DNA of 63,977 bases, filler included, from Choristocarpus tenellus KU-1152 (GCA_964200185.2; 8 parts of 8 records of this genome joined end to end with filler, not necessarily neighbours in it); one strand, 5' to 3'. Shown: positions 1-12,588, counted from the whole stretch's first letter. Notes: a model not told the origin generated them from the sequence alone. Numbers and translations are program-made.

Positions 1-85
1 GATAATGTAAGTGCCCTTTTCCTGATTATGACCCATATGGACACCCTCGTGTAAATGCCCCCCCCCCCCCCAGATACTTTGGATC
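1..85. mobile_element. Right end of poly-G/C-TIR MITE-like element (family 4)
   Basis: atggacaccc..(C)n-cagatactttgg matches the ends at 4258-4316, 9860-9925, 23842-23938 and 34680-34718. Confidence 0.7.
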
Positions 86-1416
86 CTTTTCCATCCTCTC
101 CCCATCCTCGACTGCACAACAACAGCTCAAGCCCATTGCTCCTGATTCCTCCTCTCTTCCTTCCTCCCTCAAGTGCACTTCAGACACTCTGTTCTTCCTT
201 ATTTTTTGTTGTCAAGAGCTCCCTGGTTGTACCTACCTTAACCCCTCCCTCAGAGGAACTTTTCTTGAGTGCTTGTGCATCGCCGTTCACCCCAATAGTC
301 GCATCCTTCCTCAATCCTCCCTTGGCTGATGGCTGGCGCTCTGGAATATCTTTCCAGGTGGACAGCAATCGTGTGCCGCTCAATAGGTGGATTTCAAACC
401 TGCCTCATTACAAGGTTGTGTCCCCAGGTGTTGTGGAGCAAGAGTTGAATATGCATTAGGGTTGATGAAGCGACACATTCACAGCAATAGATCCTGACTC
501 TCCTGCATTCAGTCTGGAAAAATCACTCTCGGTGGGAGGTATGTAAGCCTTTCTCTTTTGTTGCAGTTGGCCATTCTATGTCCACTGTGGAGAGGTTCTC
601 ATCCCGTGCTTGACCCTAGTATGACCCACATGTCGTGTGTTGTCCAGAGTGATCTGAAAGGGTCACATCACTTCAAGAACGTTTCGTGTGGATAGCTAGC
701 TGCTCTGTTTTGTACTATGCAAGGTACCACTTCGTTTCACCATTGTTCCCCATCTTTCCCACCATCCCGTGTGCTTGCCCACCAGAATGCATCTATGTTG
801 TCCTTGGGAAGGTGTGAAGATGCCAGCCGTAATTTGGTCCTAGGCAGCAGTGAATCCCAGACTGCCCATTCCTCAAGGCGGGCAATCTCTCTCAAGAGCT
901 GGATCTTTGGAAGGGGGGAAACAAGGAGAGAGATCAGGTGCTGGACATCTGCACTTGGTATGGGACTATTTTCAGGAACAAGTGTAGCTTGCCGGATAGT
1001 CAAGAGACAGATTATGTTGTTTGATTGCGTTATGCATGAGGTCACTGCTGGGAACTATGCTATACAGATGGGGTAGGTGCTACAAGTAGGACTATTCTGC
1101 ATGCCAACAGATGGAGGTAAGAGATTGGTATCGATAGGGTTGAACCAGCAATCATTTCAAGCAGTCAAGGAGCAGGGAGTCTATCTCTGGCGCATCCAAA
1201 GTGAGTGTTTGCATTGATGAAGCTAATGACCAGAGAGGAAAGATCGCATTCTGCAAAAAAAGGATTTCTATGGGGACAATTGAATTACACTCCCCCTTCA
1301 ATTGTTAGCTGCTATGACGCATAGGGACTAACAGACTAGCTGCCACATGCACAAAGACATGCAGACATAAATGTAGGGGAAAATGAGGCAATTGAATGAA
1401 ATATCTGTAATGATTT

Positions 1417-1677
1417 GAGTGAAAGCATCTTAGAGGGTATGAGTTTTGCCCTGTTTGTCCGTTTGGGGCTTGGCTTCCCACGGTTTTTTTTAATGACATT
1501 TTCATACTCCGAAATGTTTCAGAGTAGGTAAAATGTGTATGTTATGAAAGGGTGTATCCGGAGCAAGGGTATTGACACTTCCTAACAAACACAATAGCCG
1601 AAATTACATCAAAATTGCAACATTGGATTTTGAACCCAAAAATGGACACGGCCCTGCCCTCTAAGATACTTTGACTC
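1417..1677. mobile_element. MITE family 1 (~260 bp), 4-bp TSD ATTT
   Basis: TIRs gagtgaaagcatcttagaggg / ccctctaagatactttgactc, with ATTT on both sides. At least 8 copies in the window. Confidence 0.9.
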
Positions 1678-2358
1678 ATTTGGAGCAAGGTACATGAGGC
1701 AATTGCATTGAATTATTTAAGTACATTAGGCCAGGTCTGCTCACTTCTTGGTCAATATCCAGGAGCTTACTTTCCTCTGACTCTCCTTCCAGTCCCATGG
1801 CATCTACCCTTTCTTCTGGCTCTTGCCCCTGCCCTGTGGCAGTCACCCTTTCTTCCTCTTCGCCGACTTGTGCTCCCTGACTATCTTTGCTTTCTCCACC
1901 CTCTGTACCCGACACCAGTATAGTCTTCACAGCTCCACAGATGCCTGTAGCTTCTGTTGGGTGGAGGACACAAGGACCTCGCGTAGGGTCATGTGCGCAA
2001 CAAAGAAGCTCAAGTAGAGCACGGGGTCTATCCTCCTCACACAGGACCTTGAAGGCATGGCCAAACGCAAGCAACCATATCATAGCAGTGTAGGCGCCGT
2101 TCAGGGTGAAGTGAAGGGAGGTATCATTACTTTCTAGTAAAAATAAGTACCTGAATGCATAACCTTTCTCGGGGAAATGTGTAGAACCATGGCTTTAAAA
2201 GTGAAAGTAGAATAACCAAGAGATGAAGGAAAGTTGTCAAAATGAAAACATTAGTAGCAAGGAGCTTCAGAGCAAAAGTTGTTACGCACAGTCCATTGCT
2301 ATTCAAAGCGTTGGGATTGTCTTGAAGGGATGGTGTGACATTTCGTCGTATGGTTTTT

Positions 2359-2633
2359 GACACCTAGTATCCTAAGGGGGGGGTCGGGCATCCATGCAGG
2401 GCCATTGTGATCATGTAGTGATTTTCATACCAACTGAGTGAATGTGTCAGATGTAAGGGCAATTTCCTTTGTCTCAACAAAGCCTCCTTATCCATTTCCC
2501 TAAGCCTGAACCTAAACCAAAGGAAAATCACCCACAAATCTAGTGTCAAACTGGGGTGTTTTAGAACAACCCGTCAAGCCCCAAGTGGACGATCTGGTCT
2601 AAACCCTCTCCTCTCTGTAGGATGCTATGGGCC
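2359..2633. mobile_element. MITE family 2 (~270 bp)
   Basis: Internal sequence is similar to 7182-7453. Degenerate TIRs ..tagtatcctaaggggg / ..taggatgctatgggcc. Confidence 0.75.
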
Positions 2634-4129
2634 TTTGCTTGACAAAACATCAGGGCCTAGAAACGAAAGACCGGTAGGGGCTCAGGACGAAAGAGAACAA
2701 CAACACTAGGAGAACATACTATGCCACCTTGAACATTGATCATTTCCACTAACAATTGACAGAGTTTCAGCATGTTCAACCTCGAAAATTCTGTGTAATC
2801 TATGGTTCTAACAACCCAGAACGTGGTATCGATACATCCCTACAACTGGTGGAAAAGGAAAGCAGCCTATGGTCTTCAAGATCGCTTAGATTTCCTGATG
2901 TACCACCCCGCTCTCACATGCTCTTCCAGCAGTGCTTTAACCTCAGTCTCAGTTAGGCTTACTCCATCCTCTCCCCCTGTCGTTGCTGGCACGGTTTTGG
3001 AAGAATCATTGTTGTTGCCTTCTGAAGTGGAAGACATAGCAACCCTCCTTTGCTCCTTCACCAGAGACAGGGAGGCATACTTGAAGCCAAGGACTTTTAA
3101 ATCCCTCTCCGCAATATCAAGAGCGGCTAATATATCCGGGGGCACGGGTGGGTCAAGACCCTCCTGCCGGCGAAGTTCCGCAACCTGGGGGGGGAGGACG
3201 GGAGGTGGTATGTAAGATAGATTCAGGGGCTTGTTGGGCAACTGCTCCAAGAGCGAGGGAGAGGGGAAGGGAGGGGGGTTGGATCAAAGAGAGGAGTCCC
3301 ATTCTGGGCATTGTCTACCAAAACATACTTCGAACATAGCCTGCAAAGAAGAGTATGTAAAAACATTCTCCCCACGCACCACCACATTAAAGGGGTGACA
3401 TATGCTACATACTCCTGGGAGGATGTTGAACACAACACTCAACAGGTCGGCGACTTTCCCCACCAACCAGAGCATGCCAATGTCAATTCTGCACGCTCCT
3501 GCAATAGCAAGATCAGCACATAGCTGCAGATTTTTTTGTGGGACCCTTGTGTTCCATTGCCAAAAGAGGACATCGTGTACCGGACTAAAATGGAAACATA
3601 ACATACACAACTGACAAACCCTGAAAAGGAACATATTTTCCAAGCAACGGAGCCCAGGTAGGTGTTAATAATAGGTGGTCCCATACAGCTATTGTCGTTA
3701 CGATTGTTCTTATCAGCAGGCACCTCTGTTTATGTCTTGGCCAAGAGAAATTATGAAAATGGGAAGAAATGAAAAAAATGCAATTGCAGAAGGTAATGTG
3801 TTGGACGAACGAATCAAGATAACTAGAGAGGATGGAAAGGAAAAAAAGAATTTGAGGGTCAAGTACAACCTTATCCATGGCATGTGAAGCACATGCGGAC
3901 GCCACATCATGGTCCCCGCAGTCTTCATAGCAGCGGCAGGCAGCAGCAGTCAAGCGAGTACGCAGTGGAAGATGCTACATGGCCATGATCAATCACACAC
4001 CCAGCCATATTCAGTCAAAACAGAGGCACACAGCATCGTGTCAAGTTTTTCGATGAGGGGTGCAGGGAGGGAGAGGGCAAAACAACATGTGAAGCGAGAT
4101 TGAGGGTGCTTAAGTGAAAAAAAGAAAGA

Positions 4130-4157
4130 GACCCAAAGTATCTGGGGGTGGGGGTGG
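4130..4157. mobile_element. Left end of family-4 element, cut by contig end
   Basis: gacccaaagtatctggggg matches the termini at 9192 and 34541. Confidence 0.65.
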
Positions 4158-4257
4158 NNNNNNNNNNNNNNNNNNNNNNNNNNNNNNNNNNNNNNNNNNN
4201 NTTAATTAATTAANNNNNNNNNNNNNNNNNNNNNNNNNNNNNNNNNNNNNNNNNNNN
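4158..4257. other. Artificial contig linker (N44-TTAATTAATTAA-N44)
   Basis: Identical 100-nt spacer with stops in all frames, repeated at 10716-10815, 13683-13782, 19236-19335, 23742-23841, 51789-51888 and 58818-58917. Confidence 0.98.
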
Positions 4258-4316
4258 GACATGAAAAAAATGACCCCAAATGGACAGCCGCCACCCCCCT
4301 CCAGATACTTTGACCC
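4258..4316. mobile_element. Right end of family-4 element at contig start
   Basis: Reverse complement of 9192-9252 (ccccaaatggacagccgccaccccc..cagatactttgaccc). Confidence 0.75.
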
Positions 4317-4964
4317 ATCTCTACAATATAATGTGTTAGGAATCCCATGTACGTTATGACAAGGTTCAGACTTTCCCCTTCCATCATGAGAACGCCCCTA
4401 CTGATACTGATACAGACCAAGATCACTTTCAGCACTCTACACAACATCGCACATACTTCTCATGAGGTATTAGTCAGAGTGGGAAACGGTAACAGCAGGG
4501 TTTCTCTCCAAAACCTCCTCCCCGACATGGATCGATCAATGCAAGGTACAGGAAGACTGTTTGGAAATTTTTCGGAGTCACTCCTCCTAACCTGTTTTTG
4601 ATATCCCAAGTAAGCTCTCTTTTGATATCCTGTTCCTCTGTGTTGTCTTCAGTGGACGTTTCTTCTTGAGTCACTCGCATTTCCATGAAATCTGCGGGCA
4701 TTGCCCCATACATGTCACACTTTACACCCGGACATGGCTGCGATGAGCAAGATGAATTTATCAGGGGTGCAAGTGTCAGGCTTGCACTGATCACAGAGTA
4801 ACGGTAGTGGCCTAGAGGGATGACTTGAGCTCAGTGATAGGTTGGGATAGACTTTTGGGTTTGGGGCTTAGTTGTGAGAGAGTCAAGGGTTGAAACTTTA
4901 GGAGATAAATACAACTAAGGGACAGACTGGCAGGGATTATGGGGTGAGTTTTATGTATGTTGCA

Positions 4965-5217
4965 GAGCCCACGCCAATTGAGATATAGGCAGGGTTGCAT
5001 TTTAAGGATCCCGAGAAAGGACCAAAAGATGTCATTTTGTACAAAATGCATTTTACTTAGTTGTGGGGTCACTTTGTGTGTGAAAAGGGGGTACATCAAT
5101 TTTGCGTACACTGTTGTGCAAAAAAAGTAATGGAATAGAATGCATTGCATAGGGTAGGAAAGATTACTTAGAATGCAAGAGGGTCCAAACCTGCAAACAT
5201 CTCAATTGGTTTGGCTC
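4965..5217. mobile_element. MITE family 3a (~253 bp)
   Basis: TIRs gagcccacgccaattgagat / atctcaattggtttggctc, flanked by TGCA/AGCA (3 of 4 match). Partial second copy at 23709-23741. Confidence 0.75.
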
Positions 5218-7181
5218 AGCATTTGTACTGTATAAGCTAAAAAGATCTTCAAACTCAGTATATCACACCTCCAGAATGTCATTCTCCTCATGGGTAATAA
5301 GGGGAGAAGAATTAAGTGGACTCGAAAAGTATCCTCCTGCAAGTAAACACAAGATTCTTACATCTGACTAGATTCTTCCGTAATATCCTCCCGCTCCAAC
5401 ATCTCTCATAAAAAAACCTGATCCCCATGGGTTTGAAGGCACGCAATCTTGCACAAAGGGAGATAATGTTGCCGTATTGGGGGGCACTGCTGTGGAGATG
5501 GAAGGTATACCGCTGGCATAGCATCAGATATACCTGCATGCAGGCAGAGTAACAGTATAAGGGGAGGGTGGTCTGGGTGTTGGATCTTCTAGCTCTTAGA
5601 CTTTGTGTCTTTGTTGGATGAGGTTCACTAAGTAGTTGTGCATTATGATATGTGGCGATGGGATATTGCCCAGTTGACGTGAAAGATGGACAAATCCTCA
5701 CAAGGCTACACAACATGAATGTCAGAGTGGGCGTAAGGAACCCCTGTTGTACAAGCCTTTTAGTAGGGATGAGGCAAATCACTCAATGGTAGGGAAGGTT
5801 CTTAACCTTGTTCTCATGAATACTCAGTATGAGGGGTGCTTTAACATGTGACGTAGCTTGACTGGTAGATCCTATTTCTACCAAGAAACCCGAGATTTCA
5901 TCAAGAAAAATTCCTTGAGAAGGACAACCAAAAAGATTATTCTTGTGATGTTGTGCACCATATGAGGAAGGGAGCACCACACACTCTCGGTTAGTTTTTG
6001 GTGTGTCTTGCAGTTGGCCTCCAGATAATTCATTGCTAGAAATGTACTCCTTGCCCACATATTATGTTATGTGTCGATTCACACATGTAGAGGAGCACAC
6101 ATTTGTCAGTTCGTCTGGGGACACTACTAGTGTAATGCAGCAGCAGGAACAAAGTGACGAAGGAATGATAGCAATGACATAAATCGGCCGCACTACTGAA
6201 GATAAACAACACAGACATGACGTCCAATCCTGTGCTTCACAGTGGGTAGAAAACCTACTGTTTTGCTGACAGAATCGACATTATTTTTGACTCCAATCCC
6301 TTCAATTCTACTTCTAAGTATCTATATTCAGGTACTTCCATAATGGTAGAGGTGGATATTTTATGCCGATTATTTATATGTTGATAGCCTGGCAAACAAC
6401 TCACAGGGGTCAGCAGATTCCAGACACAGTATTGTGCCGAGGAGATTTGTGCTACGTTGATCCCCTTCAACAAAATTCCCAATAATCGTACATCCCCTGG
6501 TCCCAACCCCTACTGACCACAAGAGCCATCACATTGAATTGCTCGACTGTAGTTCTCCACTTCATATTGACTAGCTTGGAAATGCCAAGATTGAAGTGGA
6601 TGAAAAGCAACTTTGTGATCTTGCAAATAATAGCAAACACATATTGCACACCGATGGACTCTAGATGATGTTGATTGTTTAAAGTAAAGGTAGACTAGAG
6701 AAAAACAGGCACAGTAAGACTCACCTTGCTTGTCTCTAACATGTTGCCTGCGCAAAACTGGCCCTAATGCTGTAGAGCTCTACTTCAAAGTCGTTGAGTG
6801 CAGTGATTCATCCATACTTCACAAGAAGAGAGACCTGTTCTGGTATCTTACCCTACCCATCCACACACTATCTCAAATCCTGACCTGTCGGGTACATACG
6901 GGAAGGTGGGGGAGGTAGGCTCTGCCTGAGCACATGCCTCAGGTGTGTTGGGGCGGAGGGAAGGGGATACCTTCCAGGGTCAAGGACATCACAGATAAGC
7001 TTGCTTTTGAGATACCTGATCCAAGTGGGGGAGAGAGTTGGTGGAAAGAATTGGTGGGGAGACAAGGGCGTGGAGAAATGGTTGGGATATATGCACACAC
7101 ACATGGATTTATGGATTTCTTTTCTATCAGAGAGATGAAGGATGGGTTTGGTGATTGGGATACTTGCAAAAAGGAGGCAGT

Positions 7182-7453
7182 GGCTCATATTATGCTAGAC
7201 AGGGGGCCAAGCGTCCATTTGGGGCCGGTGTTACCCTATAGTGATCTCATGCCACATGTGTGAATGTGTCAGATGCAAAAGTAATTTCCTTTGCCTCATC
7301 ACACCTTCCTTTTCCATCCCCATGCCTAGACCAAATCCAAAGAAAAATCACCCGTAAAGCAGGCATCAAACTTGGGTATCTTACAACACCCCATCAGCCC
7401 CCAAATGGACCACTTGGGGTAAACACTCTCCCCCCTCTAAGATACTATGGGAC
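7182..7453. mobile_element. MITE family 2, 4-bp TSD CAGT
   Basis: TIRs ggctcatatta / tactatgggac, CAGT on both flanks, subterminal gtccatttgggg / ccccaaatggac. Confidence 0.85.
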
Positions 7454-7552
7454 CAGTTTGTGGGGAGGTTGCAGATGTAAATATGATGAGTGAGATTTCT
7501 TGCACGTTGATATTCTAGAGTTGCACTGATTGCTGCTGTCACCTTGGAAAAG

Positions 7553-7806
7553 GAGTCAAAGTATCTTAGAGGGTAGAGTCACGTCCATTTGGAGGCCAAT
7601 TCCAATGCTGTGATTTTGATGTAATTTTTGCTATCTTGTTTGTTAGGAAGTGTCAATATCCCTGTTCGGACACACCTTTTCATAGCATATACATTTAACT
7701 TCTCTGAAACGTTTCGGAGTAGGTAAGTGTCATAAAAATCCGTGGGAAGCCAAGTCCCAAATGGACGAACAGGGAAAAAATCGTACCCTCTAAGATACTT
7801 TCACTC
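7553..7806. mobile_element. MITE family 1, TSD AAAG
   Basis: gagtcaaagtatcttagaggg...ccctctaagatactttcactc with AAAG on both sides. Confidence 0.9.
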
Positions 7807-7865
7807 AAAGGCATATTTAAGCTATGGACTTCTTTCCGCTTCTGAGTAGGAAAACCAGCATCAAA

Positions 7866-8127
7866 GAGTCAAAGTAATCAAGAATTATCGAGGTTTTGGC
7901 CATTTTGCAATATTAGCCAGTTTTTGACATTTTTTTGCAATTCACCCATAATCCTATGGATGAAGTGCTAAGTTTGACTTTAGAGTGCTGATTCCTCTAT
8001 TGTTTGAGACTTTTCGACACAATTCAGCAAAAATCCTATACTCATTTGTACAAAAAAGTCGAATTTTGCACATAATTTTAAGCATCCTTAAAATGCAACT
8101 CTGGGTACCTCTCATTTACTTTGACTC
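7866..8127. mobile_element. MITE family 3b (~260 bp)
   Basis: TIRs gagtcaaagta / tactttgactc. Second copy at 41768-42023. Confidence 0.8.
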
Positions 8128-9191
8128 ACACCATCACATAATCTGAGGTTGACAGGGCTCAGATGTCAACAAATTTCTATTGTGGAGTATTTAGCAACCT
8201 ACATGCAATATATTATGCACCGGCAAGACGATAACCATGATCATTGAATTTACTTTTCATGCATTTAGGCATCGACTCTCCACCTAGTCCTACCCCCCTT
8301 GAAGGCATCACATCAAGATGTACATACTGCAACACACAATCCCTACGTATGGCAAGCATTGGACACAATGCTACAAAAAGAAAAAGCAATCAAACAGAGC
8401 ACATAAATACCTTCATCCCTTCCTCTTATCTCGCTACAACTCGCCCCCCCCCTCCATAGTCTAGCTCTCACAGGTGATAGCACCGTCCATCTTCTGCAAC
8501 ATAGTGCTCGTACAGGTTCTCACACACAGATGCCCCAGTCTCATGTGGGAACATGACAAGTGTCGCTGGGCAGGGTTGGGCATCACCACAACATGCCTTG
8601 TTGGGCCCATCAAAAACAACTTTGTAGTTTATTGGTGGCTCCAGCAAAACTATAGTTTGATGCTGCAGGGGAGGATGCATTGTGGTAATTTTGTTGGATC
8701 GTAAGGGAACAGAGGATGCAGTGAACGGCAGTCATTTGTACTGACACATTCATCTTCTGTCAGGATTGAGGGGCCTGTCGAAAATTGACAGGGAATCGCT
8801 CCTTCTGATTTACTCCATGGGGTTTGACCAGAGGGAAATTTGTATCTTTGTTGACATTTTATTGCACCCCTCCAACACTACATCACTCAAATCTCCAAGA
8901 CTGGGAAGTTAGAGCACAGTCTCCGATATTGATTATTGGTAACTCATATATCCCCATGGGACTTAAGAGAGTAATTCTATCTGAACGGTCATGAGGGTTC
9001 TCTTTGTGTCAGTGTTGAGAAGGTTGCCGTAGAAACATTGCAATGTAATATTGTCCAGCCAACTAACTTTTCCCACAACTTTCCCGCGGTTGCTGAAGAC
9101 AATCTCAACATTTTCTATCCTATTGCTACTATGCTCATGACGAGGATCACAATTATTTATTTGTCGCCTCCACCTGTACATTGATGTTTCT

Positions 9192-9925
9192 GGCTCAAAG
9201 TATCTGGGGGGGGGGGTGGCGGCTGTCCATTTGGGGTCAATTTTTTCATGTCGCGATTTTTGGGTGATTTGTTACAGGCGAATAGCACGAGCATTTCTTC
9301 TCATGTTTCAGCAAACACGAACATTTGTGACAGACGAATAGTGCGAGGATTGTTTCTTGCGCTATAACAAGTGCGAACAATATACGATATTAGTAACACA
9401 TAGGTAGCCTTACAGAATAAAAGCTGATTTCGTAGAAGATACAGAGTAAGATTCGTAATGCATACGTAACATTACAGCAGAAAATGTCAAAGTCCCTAAG
9501 AAGTTGCAGAATAAAGGTTTATGATTGGAGTACCTATAGAGCAGTTGATAGAGGACCAAATAAATTGGGTGGATGATGAAAATAATAATAGGGCTTTTGG
9601 TCAATCCATCACCCCACTTATGCACCAGTCTTTTATCTTTATCTTTAACGAAACTTTGAGTCGAGCTTTGAGCTAAGCACTGAGTGGAATATCAAGAAGA
9701 GAAGGACACCTGACACCCTACAAACTATTATCAAGGGCAACGCCCCCATAACGTCGTTTTAAGGCCGTTGAATTTGAGTTGCATATCCTGTGGAGGTGAG
9801 TTCTGAGGGGCGCCTGTAACAGATTTGGTTGAATACTTCGGATGGATAATATAAATGCACTTTTCCTGATTTTGGGCCAAGTGGACACCCTGGTGTAGAC
9901 CCCCCCCCCCATATATACTTGGGTC
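9192..9925. mobile_element. Non-autonomous family-4 TIR element (~730 bp)
   Basis: Begins ggctcaaagtatct(G)n..gtccatttgggg and ends gtggacaccc..(C)n..tacttgggtc. No clean TSD. Confidence 0.55.
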
Positions 9926-10079
9926 ACCGACTCATTAACGATCTACTTTCTCAAAAATGGACCACTTCCTATACCTCAAACCAGGCATATTTCTTCACAA
10001 GAGCATCATAATTCTTCATGAAAGCATTGATTGGTGGTCACACGCAACAAATATGTGTGTCGATTTTTGAGTGGAGGGA

Positions 10080-10715
10080 AGACAGTTTGAATAAAAGGAA
10101 TATAAACAGAGATTAGACGCTCTCCTTGGAGGAACGAAGTGTAGAAGTCACCCGTCATCTGTAGAACTTGTTGGTAAATATTCCTGCATCCAAGTAATGT
10201 CTTTCATCGTTTTACATAGTGACATCTATCACACACACCCTTTTAATACTTTATTCACTTTTAGAATTGTATCAAGCACTAACTACGTTATATAATTTAT
10301 GCCTTTTTTGTTGCTTCTCTGCTTTATACCTCTCTCCGATCTTTAGCCATTCTTTTCGATCTCCCATCTCACCTATTTTTAGCTTGTACTGTACTATACT
10401 CAGGTGTTGGGTAATGTTAAAAAAGGTCCTTGACCTCATCGTAGAAGCACAGAAGAATTTTGAGGGTGACACATTTATGGCAGTGTCTCCGATTGTTCTC
10501 ATTATCTATGATGTATGAGTGGAGCTGAAGAAAGGAGGGCAAGCCCACAACGACTTCAAATCCACCACCCGTGAACAGGTAGAAGCAAAAAATGTTGTTT
10601 GGCAGAGTGCATGCACAATGTAATCTGATATTGTGAACAGTTTTGGTACGGGGAGGGACATTGCCGAGTACTCAGAGGGTGAGAACAGGCAGTCCAGAGG
10701 GTTTAAGTAGAAGGG
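10080..10715 (+). mobile_element. hAT-like transposase remnant
   Basis: WVMLKKVLDLIVEAQKNFEGDTFMAVSPIVLII resembles the hAT core motif W..l..vL.pf..at..leGe.y.t.S.v.p.i. Contains stops. Confidence 0.5.
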
Positions 10716-10815
10716 NNNNNNNNNNNNNNNNNNNNNNNNNNNNNNNNNNNNNNNNNNNNTTAATTAATTAANNNNNNNNNNNNNNNNNNNNNNNNNNNNN
10801 NNNNNNNNNNNNNNN

Positions 10816-11720
10816 CATCACTACTAGAAAGGTACGAAGGACGAGACCTAGGTATGCCAGACAAGCTGATTGGAGTGAGCATCACTGTGGGTGAAGATGA
10901 CATCACTCTGGACCAACAACTATATGCAGAAAGTGTTGTCGTGGCCGGAATGGGCTCTATGGAAGTACGAGAAAGATCTACACCACTGGACCCTGGCATG
11001 GACTTCTCTCCAGACAAGATCATGAGGAGGAACTAGATCCCATCATATACCCCTATGCCAGTATTCTTGGGAAACTCATGTTCTTAGCAGGCATGACTCG
11101 ACCAGATCTGGCTAATATCGTTCGTGAACTGGGGCGTAGAGCAGCATCTCCATGTATGCAACACTGGCGCGGATTGCAACACGTTCTGCGCTACGTAGCG
11201 GGGACATTGGATGTCTGTATTCACTATGATCGAGGGGACAAAGATATGGACGAGAGGAATGAAGAACTCCTGGTTGAGTACGGAGATTCTGACTGGAGTA
11301 CCCACCAAAAAACACGCAGGAGTGTTACAGGGTATATAATCCTGTTCAATGGATCGCCGATCACCTGGCGCTCTAAGCTTCAAGGTGCTGTCACCCTCTC
11401 CAGCTCGGAGGCAGAGTGGACAGCAATGGCATATGGCATGCGCCACTGCATTTTCATCCAAGGCATTCTGGGGAAGATTGGTATACTACAGAATCAGACT
11501 CCCTGGTTCTGTGACAACTGTGGTGCTATTCAAGCGAGCAGCATCACAGGATTCAATGGAAGGACCAAGCATGTGGACAGGAAGTTAAAGTGTACAAGAG
11601 AATATGTAGATCAAGGAATATCTCATGTAGAATATGTTCCAACATCAAGACAACTAGCTGACATTTTGACTAAGTCTTTGCGTAAGAGTCTTACTTCTGA
11701 TTTTGTGCATTCTGTGCTTT
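10816..11720 (+). mobile_element. Ty1/copia pol fragment (RT C-terminus plus RNase H), degraded
   Basis: PDKLIGVSI..LDQQLY, YASILGKLMFLAGMTRPDLA, YGDSDW..RRSVTG, LSSSEAEW, CDNCGAI, RTKHVD, QLADILTK. Frameshift near 11030. Confidence 0.93.
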
Positions 11721-11766
11721 CNNNNNNNNNNTTTGTCAGCAACTTTGCTGCACGCTCATGGGGGAG

Positions 11767-12052
11767 TGTGCAATATAGACTAGTAGTCTATATGGTTTAT
11801 AGTGTAAAAGTGAATGAAGTAATGCAACTTGAACTTATAAGCGACTGGCGTAGTGCAACTTGAACATATAAGTGACTGACGTAGTGTAACTGTCACAAAC
11901 ATGTTTAAACATATTTCTGACGTGTTTGATGACATATACATTAGATAACAAGGGAGAGCACAACCCCCACCTAGAGGGTAGTGCTCACTCCACTCATAAA
12001 TACATCCATACACCATAATGCAAACACTCTACTTGAGTAGCTCTCTTTTACA
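11767..12052 (+). mobile_element. Putative 3' LTR of the copia element
   Basis: Polypurine tract gggggag (11760-11766) directly followed by TGTG. Candidate end ..ttttaCA at 12052. Internal ~31-bp tandem duplication at 11824-11886. Confidence 0.6.
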
Positions 12053-12055
12053 TAG

Positions 12056-12457
12056 TTTCAAATGTTCCGAAACTGTAAGGTCACAAAAAACTGATACTCT
12101 GTATTTGTTTTAAATATGAAATCGTATATTGTTCGATATTCATATTTTTAATAATACAATTATCAACGGAAAGAGAACTTTGAGTTTCAAGTGATCCGTT
12201 GGACCAGCCTGAAATCCATGTTCTGGAAAATAATTGTATTCTGGTTTTTATAAAATAACAATTATATTCTATTCTTAATATCAACAAATAAAAATACAAA
12301 CCAAATGCTTCATTGATCTAATACGTTTGAAATGTTCCGAAATGAAAAGGTCACTAAAAACTGATACTCTCTATTTGTTTTAAATATGAAATCGTATACT
12401 GTTCGATAATCATATTTTTTGGAACACAATTACCAACGGAAAGAGAAATCTGAGTTC
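12056..12457. repeat. AT-rich ~130-bp direct repeat pair
   Basis: 12056-12188 and 12326-12457 share aaatgttccgaaa..ctgatactct..aacggaaagagaa. Confidence 0.85.
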
Positions 12458-12588
12458 TTTGGGGACCGACAGACCAGATGAAATAAAGCAGCACCTCCCA
12501 GCCCTCACTCCTCATTTCCATTCCTTCCCTTCCGCACATACCACCACCAGTTCCTTCTTATCCCTGTCACACCTTCCCAATCTTCGCC

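Larger units (their letters stand above)
180..3500 (-). pseudogene. SBNO-like: Decayed Strawberry notch (SBNO)-like helicase, copy A (P-loop domain plus helicase C-terminal domain)
   Basis: Colinear minus-strand motifs versus recalled SBNO1: DIAERDLKVLG (ORF 2876-3250; cf. DAERDLRDIG); NALNSNGL..FALKL (2127-2363; cf. QAVERRGVGAMEIVAMDM); W..AFGHAFKVLC..CVLHPTEATG (1676-2083; cf. WSAHQRFFKYLC..CVVIGLQSTG); LPKDNIDAF..DGGKDG (737-1045; cf. [15 protein letters not shown]); GSSTG..LHSGHRMANCNKR (~555-620); ERQPSA..GVNGDAQA (180-383; cf. EQRFAS..LTHGDRRA). Contains stops and frameshifts and is split by MITEs at 1417 and 2359. Intron acceptor at ~3185. Boundaries approximate. Confidence 0.75.
4330..9010 (-). 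pseudogene. SBNO-like: Decayed SBNO-like helicase, copy B (near full length)
   Basis: In order: SYQ*SISETVL..GDLSDVVLEG (~8870-8950; cf. WYKTSISEETI..GWLSALQLEA); CLLFAS (~7165; cf. RVVYAS); SGFEIV..CEVW..GQFCAG..TSKV..SIGVQ (6640-6884); LPSS..GCP..DEISG (~5890-5975); KACTTG..HSD, QLLSEPHPT (~5610-5765); IKNRLGGVTPKNFQTVFLYL (ORF 4474-4794; cf. [20 protein letters not shown]); VCISISRGVLMME (~4375-4415; cf. YTISVERGMSWEE). Interrupted by 4 MITEs. Confidence 0.7.

Noticed and set aside
4158-4257. Recurrent TTAATTAATTAA palindrome between N runs
   Set aside because: It is an identical 100-nt artificial contig spacer occurring 7 times and is not biological. Linkage across it is meaningless.
1-9252. 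Idea that family-4 TIRs enclose SBNO copies A and B as one transposon
   Set aside because: The flanking ends face outward (a right end on the left and a left end on the right), so they belong to neighbouring elements. The same family also inserts inside copy H.
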